Shown here piece after piece: positions 51,498 to 61,875 of a DNA stretch of 64,000 nt (position 1 is the stretch's first letter; each line of letters begins with the position of its first letter). This stretch comes from Podarcis gaigeae (Eukaryota): NCBI GenBank assembly GCA_964106915.2, contig OZ066915.1; one strand, 5' to 3'. The notes beneath the pieces were generated by a model, which saw only the letters and a list, made by a program, of their open reading frames with translations, was not told the DNA's origin and did no database searches. Both the position numbers and the translations under genes were made by a program.

Positions 51498-54400
51498 AGG
51501 GCGTGTGTTTTACGGAGTTTGAGGCGAATTGGGGGTTGGTCGTCCTGGTCGGCTGCTGTGATTATTTCGGAGGTCCAATGGGCTGATGTATGTGGTGGGT
51601 CAGGTCCGGTCTGTTGGGCCCGATTCGTGCCCCGATCTGGTCCGGTATGTTGGGCTCGATTCGTGCCCCGATCTGGTCCGGTCTGTTGGGCTCGATTCGT
51701 GCCCCGATCTGGTCCGGTCTGTTGGTCCTCCTCGATGTTGGTGTCGTCGTCTGCTGGTCGGCCTGGTATGTCGTAGGGTGAGTCGTCTGCTGTGGTTTCA
51801 GGTGGCGAAGCGGGTTTGCAGTGGGTGTGATGCAACCAGGCTGTCTTTTCTGCTACCTTAACAGAAGTTGGAGTGGTTAAAAGTACTTGGTAGGGGCCCT
51901 CCCAAGTGGGCTGTAAGGGTACCTTATGGTAAGTTTTCACTAGTATCCAATCCCCTGGTTGATACGGGTGGATGTTTTCGTCAAGGGGAATATTTTGGCT
52001 TGAGGCAGCGTATGTGTAGAAGAATGAGTTGTTTCTGGAGTTGTATTACATATTTAGTTAACTCTGCCTCTCCCACCTCTAGCTCTGATGTAGGAAATTG
52101 GGTATTATACACCGGGGAGGGTCTTCCGAATAGTAATTCATAGGGAGATAGTTTGAGGTTTCCACGAGGGCATGCTCTTAAGTTGTGGAGGACTAATGGA
52201 ATGGCATTGACCCATTTGATACCAGAGTCTTTACAAAGTTTTCCCAGCTGCGATTTAAGCTGTTGATTCATTCTTTCGACCTGTCCAGAGGAAGGTGGAT
52301 GGTATGGGGTATGTAATTTCCATTTAACTCCGAGGGCATTGGCAACCTGTTGGATTATATCTGATGTGAAGTGTGAGCCCCTGTCGCTGTCTATGTGTCG
52401 GGGGACTCCGAAGCGGGGTATGATCTCTTGTAATAGGATCTTTGCAACAATGTGGGCAGTTGCTCTGCGAGTAGGGAAACATTCCACCCACCCGGTCAAC
52501 TGGTCGATGATTACCAAAGCATGTTTGTAGCCCAGGCAGGGGGGTAGGTCTATGAAATCTACCTGAAGACTTTCGAATGGGACAAAAGCCCATGGTCTGG
52601 CCCCTGGTGGGCATCTGGCGGTATGTTTTGGATTAAAGCTCTGGCAAGTATGGCAATTCTTTACGGCAGCTTTAGCGGCGAGAGCAAGACCTGGGGCATA
52701 CCAGCAGCGTTGCATTGTGTCTATAAGCTTGTCTCTGCCCCAGTGGGTACATTGGTGTAGGACTCTCAAGTGTTTGGGTACCCAGAGTCTGGGCATTATG
52801 AGCCTTTTGTCTGGGAAATACCAAACGCCATTTTCTAAGTGGGCCCCTTGTTCCTTCCATCCTTTAATCTCCTCTGGGGTCACAGTTTTGTACATCTCTG
52901 TGAAATCTACGTCTGATACAACTTGTGGTCCCTGGAACTCATTGTCTGCAGAGAGGGGCTGAAGGGCTGCCTCCTGTGCTGCGCTGTCAGCACGTCGGTT
53001 TCCTCTCGAGACTGGGTCCCTGCCTTTCGTATGTGCTTTGCAATGTACTACTGCAATAGCTTCAGGAAGGTGTATCGAGTTCATGAGGCGCTGTACTAGG
53101 GAAGCGTGTGCAATTTGAGTACCTGCTGCAGTCAAGAAACCTCTCTGTAACCAGATTTGCCCGGTAGCATGCACCAACCCGAAGCAATACTTCGAATCTG
53201 TGTAGATAGTGATCCTTTGTCCCGTTCCTAATTCACAAGCTCTGATTAGGGCGATAAGTTCAGCCGCTTGTGCGCTGTATTTTGCATGGACAGGTCGTGC
53301 CTCTAAGGTCTCGCTATCGGTGACTATGGCATATCCGCTTTTCCGTTCCCCTCCTACAACCTTGGAGCTCCCGTCAGTGTACAGGATGAGATCGGGCTCA
53401 GTTAAAGGGAGGTAATCGAGATCTTCCCGTGGTTTTTCTACATGGCGGACTACCTGAGAACAGTCGTGATGTGGGGTGCCATCGTCAGGGAGGGGCAGAA
53501 GGGTCGCAGGGTTGAGTGAATTTACTCTTTTTATGGTAACGTTTGATGGATTGAGAAGGATGGCCTTGTATCTATTCAGTCTCTGTATAGTGAAACGTTG
53601 GCAGCCTTGTAAGCTAAGAAGGGTGGCCACAGCATGGGGAACGTTTACAGTTAGTTCATGTCCCAAAACAGTTTCTTGAGCCTTTTCTAAGAGTAGTGCT
53701 GCCGCTGCCACCGCTCTAAGGCACCCCACATTCCCCAGTACAGTAGTGTCTAGCTGAAGACTATAGTAAGCGACGGGTCTGTTCTTTCCTTGAAAAGGTT
53801 GGGTAAGGACTCCAGAGGCTACTCCCTTGTTTTCGTGGACAAACAAGGAGAAAGGTAATCTGTAGTCGGGAAGTCCGAGAGCAGGCGAAGACCTCAGCTC
53901 CCGTTTGATTGATTCAAAGGCTTCGAGCGCCTCCGCAGTCCATTACAATTGGTCTGGGGCACTATCATGTGTCATTGCAGTAAGTGGGCGGGTGAATTCT
54001 CCGTAGCGGGGAATCCATGCTCGGCAAAATCCACTCATCCCAATGAAACCCCTGAGCTGCCTTTTCGTTTTGGGAAGGGGTAGTTTCGTTATGGCCTCGA
54101 TTCTATCGGTGGTAAGGGCACGGGTACCCAAGAATGTGGCCAAGATATTTAACCTCCTTCTGGCAGTATTGTATCTTTTTGGGGGATACTTTGTGCCCTT
54201 TATGCGCCAGTATCGTCAGGAGGGCTATAGTGTCTGATTTGCAGGATTCCAAATCCCGCCCACACAGTAAAATGTCATCTACGTAAAGCCTGAGAGCAGA
54301 GCCTCCTGGAAGGTTTACATCTACAAGGTCTTGGTGTAATATGGAGGAGAAAATTGCTGGTGACTCCACATATCCTTGGGGTAATCGGGTCCAAGTTAAT

Positions 54401-55310
54401 TGGCCAGTTTGCCAGGTGAAAGCGAAGAGAAATTGGCTTTCTGGGTCCACGGGGATGCTAAAGAAGGTGGAACACAGGTCTATGACGGAGTAAACCACAG
54501 TTCCCTCCGGGATGGTACTCAAAAGGTGGTGCGAGTTAGCCACTACGGCGTGTCTGGGGATAACGAAGGAATTTACCAATCGAAGGTCTTGCACCAAGCG
54601 CCATTTGACGGGGTTGGTATTAGGCTTTTTGACTGGAAGGAGGGGGGTATTACACGGTGAGGCGCAGGGACTAGAACTCCCATCTTCAGGAATTCGTCAA
54701 TCATTGGAGTGAGTCCCTCAATTGCTTCGGGAGGTAGGGGATATTGTTTGGTACAGGGGAATGGTAGGTCTTTCCTATAGTTGACTTTTACTGGTGTTGC
54801 AGATTTTAAGAGTCCAACTGAAGTTGATTCAGTTCCCCATAGCCAGGAGGGAGCACTATTTAGAAGTTCAGGAGGAAGGTCAATGGGTTTGTTATTAGCT
54901 TCTTGAAGAACTCCTTGGAAGTTGAAAATGGAGTTGTTAGGCATATGCAAATAAATTCCTTCTTGGCCGCATTGGATTGTAGCGTTAAGTTTGCAGAGCA
55001 GATCCCTCCCCAGAAGGTTAACTGGACTTGAAGTTAGTAGAAAGGTATGTTTAACTGATAGAGGTCCAACAGAGACTTTTGCAGGTTTGGAGAGGGGGCA
55101 ATTGCGGGGGATCCCATCAAGCCCCATCACGGTTTTGGTCTCCTCCCCCGGGGTCAAATGGCTATTGGTAAGGGTTGAGTAGGTGGCTCCAGTATCTAGG
55201 AGACAGTCGTAGGACTGACCATCAATTTGCATAGTACATATGGGGTCTGAGGAAGACAGTTGTAAGACTGGGCAGAGAAAAGGGAAAGAGGCGGGATCTG
55301 CTTCTAATTG
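51491..55310 (-). pseudogene. pol: pro-pol (PR, RT, RNase H, IN)
   Basis: LLDTGA, LPQG, YVDD, YTDGS/SAQAAEL, HHCC, DDE core, WEGPY; frameshifts near 54667, 54129 and 52013 and a TAA at 53943-53945. Confidence 0.97.
51603..51725 (-). repeat. 36-bp coding tandem repeat (about 3.5 copies) in the integrase C-terminal tail
   Basis: QQTGPDRGTNRA repeated. Confidence 0.95.
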
Positions 55311-57263
55311 TCAATGTTCTTGGTATTCCTCCATCACCATTTCATGAGTTGGGTTCATGGGACGGTTACCGTGCCTAAAGGGATTGGTGGCATCATGGGG
55401 TTGGTTCCGAGGCCGTGATTGCGGGATTGCTGAGTAGGGTTGTGTTTGGGCTAGGTGTCGGTTCGGTTCGTGTGGAGAGGAAGGTTCCCTGGGTTTGGGA
55501 TAGGTGGTTTCCCTGTACTCTGACCTGTATGGCTTCGGATTTCTATATTCAGCTCTTCTGGTTCCTGTCAGAAGGGGGCAGTATCTTTTTATGTGTCCTA
55601 CTTCATCACAGTGGAAGCAGACACGGTCGTCCGGTGATTCCGGTCTTCCTGGCTTAAATTTTTCTTTGGCTGTAGGAACCCCGGCTGCATAGGCTAACAC
55701 CCGGGGAGAGTCGGGTTTTAGATCCTTCTTTTTCCATTCATCTCTTGAGTTAAATACGGACTTTGCGATGGAAAGGATTTCGTTTATGGTTTTTCCATCG
55801 TACCCAAGGTGAGAGTTTAATGCCTTCCGGATGTCGGCTGTGGCCTGATCTTTGAAAAATCCTTTGACTATTACCTCGTGCTGTGGGCTTTCTGGATCTA
55901 TTCCACCCCAGGTCTTAATAGCAGAGACTAGTCTTGAGTAGTAGTCGGAAGGATGTTCATCAGGTCCTTAAAGGATGGCTTGGACTTTGGTCCAGTTTAC
56001 GGTTCGCTGTCCCGCAGCTTTAATACCATCTAGGATGGCCTTTTAAAAAAATTTTAAACCCCATACTCCCATGTCGGTATTATAGTCCCAGTCAGGATCG
56101 TTAATTAACGTCTGAGCGGTCAGTGGGGCCATTGAGGCGGGACGATTTGGTTGGTAGTCTTCTCGGGTTAGAGCTTCCCCCGCCTTCGCTAGTATTTCTC
56201 TCTTTTCTGCCTCATTAAATAGGGCCCCAAGCAACATATGCACATCTGCCCATGTAGGGTTGTGAGTGGAGAAAATGGTGGCCACCTGGCGTTGGCATTT
56301 GTCGGGGTCGTCTCGTAAGGAGGGCATCTTGTCGGACCAGTTCATTAAGTCCGAAGTAAGGAAGGGCTGATGAGTAAAAACCATGCGGGGTGGGTCTCCC
56401 GCCCTGACTGGGGGTATAGGTAATGCCCGCAGAGGGAAGGCACCTTCTATCTCTCCGATCTGCAGATTACCCCTGTTTCTAGTTCTACTGGAGACGGCTC
56501 CCTCTCTTCCTCCGTTTAGAAGTTGCCCGTTGAGTAAGGGTCCAAGATCCAAGTCTACTTGGTCTCCTTCTAGGTTGGGTGTACTTGAGGAAGGGTTGGG
56601 CGGCGATGTATTTGGTATGCTTTGGGAAGGGGCAGCAGCGGGTGGGTTTGTTACGTCTTCCCTCGGTCCCATGCTTTGGGAAGGGGCAGCGGCGGGTGGA
56701 TTCGTTATGCCTTCCCTCGGTCCCACGCCCCCCCACCAGCTCCTGTTCTGTCTCCTGCCCCGGGTCCTGGCGGTCGGGGGGCTCGTGGTTCGGGGTAGTA
56801 GAAAGGAACGAGGGTCCTATCCAATTGTTCCTCCTGGGCTCTAATCTCATCATATGGGGGGGGGGGGTCCGGTTGGTTTTAGAACAGCCATTTGACGGGC
56901 AATTTAGGCTTGCTGCCGTTGAAATAATTTGCGGGCTTCGACGAAGGCATTTAAATAGTATAGTTGTTGGGGCCTCTCGTCAGCCAGGTAGGATTTAAGA
57001 GCTTGCATCTTAACGAGATTAAAGGAGCCGTGGGGTGGCCATCTGGAGGCTGGCTCTAGGTGGTGGGTAAAAGCGACCCACGAGATGTTACAAAGGTCCC
57101 TTAGCTTGGACTTTGAGAGTCCCTTTCTTCCCCTCAATCCTTTCCAGTTTAGGAGGACAAATTGAAGAGGGGTATCAGAGTCCTCCCTGGAGCGGAAAGG
57201 CTCCGCGGAAGCCTTGTCGCTGTGAGGAGTCCAGTTTGACTGCTTGGTAGCTTGGGCTCCCAT
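55311..57263 (-). pseudogene. gag: gag (MA, late domain, CA, NC)
   Basis: MGAQATK myristoylation-type start, WP..GSF MA motif, PPPY (frameshifted), MHR-like (Q)GPDEHPSDYYSRL, CFHCDEVGHIKRYC; TAA at 56904, 56043 and 55968; two compensating homopolymer frameshifts. Confidence 0.95.
56617..56726 (-). repeat. 54-bp coding duplication in gag
   Basis: GPREGITNPPAAAPSQSM / GPREDVTNPPAAAPSQSI. Confidence 0.9.
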
Positions 57264-57474
57264 TCTCCCATATATTTTTTTCCGTTAACGACGCACGCTA
57301 AAGACAGTAGGGGTGAACGTACACACACACAAGGAGAACGGACAATGGGGGGGAGAAAAAAAGAAAAAAAATAGAAGATTCCTTCAGTAATCGAGGTATC
57401 CTTAACTAACACAAATTTTCCTCATTCATAAATCACAAACTAATTTCTGGAGATCTCAAACCTGAACTTGAAAC

Positions 57475-57592
57475 AAACCACTGGTCTCTCTGCCCGGAAA
57501 CTTAAACCACGGGTCTCTCTCCGCCCGGAAACCTAAACCACGGGTCTCTCTGCCCGGAAACCTAAACCACGGGTCTCTCTGCCCGGAAACCT
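57475..57592 (-). repeat. 29-31-bp tandem repeat (4 copies) in the ERV leader
   Basis: Units of ctctctgcccggaaacctaaaccacgggt. Confidence 0.92.
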
Positions 57593-57869
57593 TTACCTCA
57601 GCGCTGTTTACAAGACTAACCCTAGTGTGGGGCCCCAATTGTGAACCTCCCTTCTACCCTCCACAACAGCCTCCTGCCTAGCCTTTGGACTAAGTTCAGG
57701 TTCCTTACTGAACGCCTGCGCAGTGTAGTGCCAGATCAGGACCCGAGAAAACAAAGTTTTGAAAGGAAGCAAATGACCTTGCGTTCTCACGTAAACGGGT
57801 CATCCCCAACAAGGGTCGCCGAGCAGGAGGGGCGGCTTCATTTGCATAAATAGGGACAGTGGAGAAAGG

Positions 57870-58105
57870 TTCGTAGAGGCGCCCCTGGATGACTCCGAGA
57901 GAGGACGTCAGAGAAACAATAAGCACCGCGTTTTTCCCGGTCACGCTCTGAGAGGAAAAACGGGGGAGAAAAGAAGAGAGACATTCGTAGGGGACGCCTC
58001 TGGCCGACTCCGAAAGAGGGCGTCAGACAAACAATAAGCCTCACGTTTTCCCCGGCCACGCTCCGAAAGGGAAAATGGGGAGAGAAAGAGAAAGGGAGAT
58101 TCGAG
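57870..58105 (-). repeat. About 114-bp diverged duplication in the ERV leader
   Basis: Two units ttcgtag...gactccga...cgtcaga..aaacaataagc...ggagaaa. Confidence 0.85.
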
Positions 58106-58418
58106 ATTCGTAGGTGTAACGTTGGAAATAAAAGGAAAAGATCTGGCTGTTGTGGGGATGTTGCTTTCCACCCTCCTCCTGATGTATTTTCTTCAGAACC
58201 ATACTCACATCCGTAGATGTCCCTCGCAGATCCCGGGATCCTTTTCCTTAGCCGGCTTTACCTCGCCTTTTCTCTCTCTGGTTGGGCTTCTGGTGACGGT
58301 TGATTACCGCCCGCAAAGAGGAGGCAGGGAGAGGAAAAAAGGATCCCCGGGCAAAGGTTGCCCAGTGGCGCCCGATCCCCTCTATCTCCCCTCTCACCTT
58401 TGCAGGAGAACCAAGTGT

Positions 58419-58436
58419 CCCTGAGCACGGTCGCCA
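58419..58436 (-). other. Primer binding site (tRNA unassigned)
   Basis: TGGCGACCGTGCTCAGGG, 4 nt after the 5' LTR; candidate major splice donor AAG|GTGAGA at about 58398. Confidence 0.75.
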
Positions 58437-58440
58437 AAAC

Positions 58441-59533
58441 TATTACAGGAAAATCCGAGAGCTCTCTTGGACAAATGAAGACACCGACCAGAGCAATTCA
58501 GAGCAAAACAGCAGCCAGTAGGCTCGGTCTTTATTCAAGAAAAGACTGTCGCGACAGGACTCCCACCGCCCACGAGGTGAAGCAAGATGGAAGCCCCGAA
58601 CAAAAGAAGACCCTAACTTTTATTAGTTGCTAATCCCCTACGCTACACCCCCAGAATTACATCATATTTACATCATGATTACATTAAAATTAGGAGGAGT
58701 CGGGGAGGGGCTACACAGGTAATCCGAGTGTCCTGACACCTGGTCGGAGCCTCCTCTCCCCTCCCCACATGAGTCATTTACAAGAACAAAAGAGAAGGGC
58801 GAAGTTTCCTGCCCCCTGAGGGGAATCCGGTCAGAGTCCTTTGTGAGAGTCCGCATGGAATACACTAAAGGGTGCAGTTTATTGTGTCCTTGATAGCCTT
58901 CTGTCTGAGCCCATCACGATGGCTATCAAGGTAGTCACGTCAACTGGGAAGGGCCGCTGACTATGTGACCGCTCGGTCAAAGGATTATGGCTGCCCTGCA
59001 TCAGGTCACCCCACTTTGATAGTCCTTGTAATATGTAGTAAAATAAAAGTGGTCCGATGAAAATCCGACGTACGGCTGATTTTTGGTGAATTTATAAAGA
59101 ATATTGTCCTTGAAGTTCAAAGTACTTTCGCCTTTCGGAAGCAACTTGCTACATTTTGATTAAATCAGTCACGGTCAATTGAACTCGGAAACATTGTATT
59201 GAGAGCTGTCAAAAGGTGAGGGAAAAGACGCTTGCAGCCTGCAGTACCAGCGTGGCCGCCGCAAGGGGCGCTATTCAACAATGTTGATTGGCTGAGGCAG
59301 CTGCCGTTTGACCTAGAGTTCAGGCGGCCGGTCTACTCATAATAAAGATAGGGCGATGCGGAGCGCTATAGCGAAAAGCTGTCAGGCTAGCGCTTCCTTA
59401 TTTACGGAAGGCTTTTAAGAGATGGCCCTCTAAAGGGACATCTCTAGGGTCAGGAAGGGGAGATACGTGTATGTGTGAGTGTGGTGCTTGTGCAATACAC
59501 CTGTTAATGGAGGGGGGGTGATTTCCGGCGACA
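58441..59533 (-). repeat. 5' LTR (1,093 bp)
   Basis: Direct repeat of 48142-49234, about 16 substitutions and no indels seen; inner CA terminus reads TA. Confidence 0.97.
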
Positions 59534-61059
59534 GTTATAACAGGCATTCGTCCTGCATTCATCTTGAATTGCTTGCATGGTGTTTATGCAGCCTCTGGAT
59601 GGTCAATTGTTCCCACACTTTCCAAACAGCGAAGAGTCTGTTTCTTTTTAAAGTGGATTTGTTGTGCCAGAGCAGGGGCATCCAATGTGGCTTTGGAGTC
59701 CAACTGCCACCAGTCCCAGTCAAGGATGATGGGAAGTGTAGTCCAAGGACGTCTGAAGGGCACCACATTGACTACCCCTGTGCTAGGGCGACTCAGCACT
59801 TTAATCCCCTTTAACTGCACAAGTTCAGTGTGCCCTTGAATCCCTCCTGCAAAATAGTGATAGTGAATATGAAGCATAAGTGAAACATAAATAAATTCTG
59901 CAGCAGTTAATATAGATAAGAAAATCCGCATGAGAGTGCTATCCTATACAAGACAAACTGAACTCAGTGAGACTTACATACCTCACACATCATTTTATGT
60001 GTATTCAACCTTTCCATAGTTAAAATCATGTTCATGTTCAAGACGGCTTACAACATGAAAAAAATTACGTAATTACATAACAAAAATAGTCATAAACTAG
60101 GGTTGCCTGGGGAAAACCTGGACATGTCATGGGGGGGGGGGCAACATGCCCACCTGAGAGGATTTTTACATTTTAAAGGAAATGTCCGGTTTTGGGGAGT
60201 TTTTTATTTTTAATTTTTAAAATAAAGACGAAAATAAATATACAAAGGATTCATATAAATAACAGCAACAACCCCCCTCCAACAACCGTCCCCGGCCCAA
60301 GAGCCTGTTCAGCAGCCTCAGTTTTTGTAGCTGGAGTCAGTCAGCCCACACTCTCCCAGGTCAAGTGGCAAAGCCCTGCAAGGAGGGAGCAGGTCTTCCA
60401 GGAGTCACATCCAAGACTTGCTCCCAAATAAGAGAGTAGAGGATACTACTTTTCTCAGTTATCAGAGTTACATAACTAAGTCCACTTTTGCTTGTCACGG
60501 AAAATAGCAAAGAGATTCTGGTCCCTAAAAGTTGCACCTCATTCCAGCTTCCAAAATTGCATGAAATATTTTTGTTGTCATAAGGACTAGAAATGTTTGA
60601 GTGAAAGATGGGATCTCAGGTTGATTAATTCAGCCCCTCAAAATCTATCTATCCCTTACAGCTTTGTCTTTCCCTGTTCCCTGTTTTCAGTCTAGCAAGG
60701 AAAAAAAAGATTATCTTCCATTGCAATTTCTTTGCATCCATAAACCTGTTAAAAACAAATATTAATAAAATCACCATCATGAAATTCAAATATAAAATCA
60801 ATAAAACTTTTAGAAGAAATATTGGTAGCTAAAATCATGCTTGCTGCAACAGAGAAAGTTTTCAGCAGGCATGTAAAACACTGTGATGAGGCTGCTGACT
60901 ACAGAGCGCTGGTGCTGCCGCCACACTAAAGAACCAGCTCCTCACAAATGTGGAACAGACATTCTGAGGCACTTGTAAAAGTGCAGGTTCCACAGATTGA
61001 AGGATCAGATAAATGCACATATGGGGCAAGGTGAACACCTTTATTTTAACTGCAAGATA

Positions 61060-61875
61060 GACCCAAAAGAGAAAATAACAGAACACCACTAGTAATCACA
61101 TACAGCTCTCAATCAGAGATTTGCAACATCTCTTAGATAATGGCAGCTCTCTTTCCCAAGCTCTGGGAGGAAGACCTTTCATTGCCTACAGAAAGCCACC
61201 CAATCTTAAACCACTCCTCACACACAATAGTTCAACAAACAGACTTAACATGGACACTGGCACAAGAGCCTGCAAAAAATCTAGATGCCAACTTTGCTGC
61301 TACATCATTATTGGCCCCAATAACTTCAAACATACCACCTCAGGCCTATTTAATTGTTCATCTTCCAACATTATATATGCTATCAAATGCCAACAGTGCC
61401 CTTCAGCTCTCTATACTGGACAAACAGGACAAACTTTATGCCAAAGAATAAATGGGCATAAATCTGACATCAGGAATCATAAAACAGAGAAACCAATGGG
61501 AAAACACTTCAGTCTCTCAGGACATTCTACACAAGATCTTAAAGTAGCTGTCTTATTGCAAAAGAATTTTAGATATACACTTAAAAGAGAAGTTGCTGAA
61601 TTACAATTCATTACTAAATTAAGAACTATGGAGAGACCTGGTCTGAATAGAGATATTGGGTTCATGTCCCATTATACATACTAAAGCTAGTCATCTATCC
61701 CTTCAAAAATCCCTTGCCCTTTCCTGTGGAACCAACTGCCATAACAGTCATCAACAGTTATAAGGTTGAAGCAACCTCTGCTTCAGAGTATCTGACAAAG
61801 TGTGTACGTATTACACATGAAAGCTCATACCTTGAAAGCTTATATTTAGTTGATCTTAAAGGTGCCACTGGAATT
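61060..61875 (+). mobile_element. Penelope-like element 3' part with GIY-YIG endonuclease
   Basis: CKKSRCQLC...SSNIIYAIKCQQCPSALYTGQTGQTLCQRINGH...E..GLN, followed by terminal-repeat sequence. Confidence 0.92.

Larger units (their letters stand above)
48142..59533 (-). mobile_element. Full-length class I (gamma/epsilon-like) endogenous retrovirus, defective
   Basis: LTR-PBS-leader-gag-pro-pol-env-PPT-LTR; TSD GTTA at 48138-48141 and 59534-59537; YVDD RT, single CCHC NC, GPY integrase motif, gamma-type env. Confidence 0.98.

Noticed and set aside
51368-51725. Repeat arrays as CRISPR-like
   Set aside because: No unique spacers, eukaryotic/retroviral context, no cas genes.
59534-59536. LTR extending 3 nt further (both LTRs are followed by GTT on +)
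   Set aside because: TG...CA termini and the GTTA TSD fix the boundary; the match between PPT spacer and target site appears coincidental.
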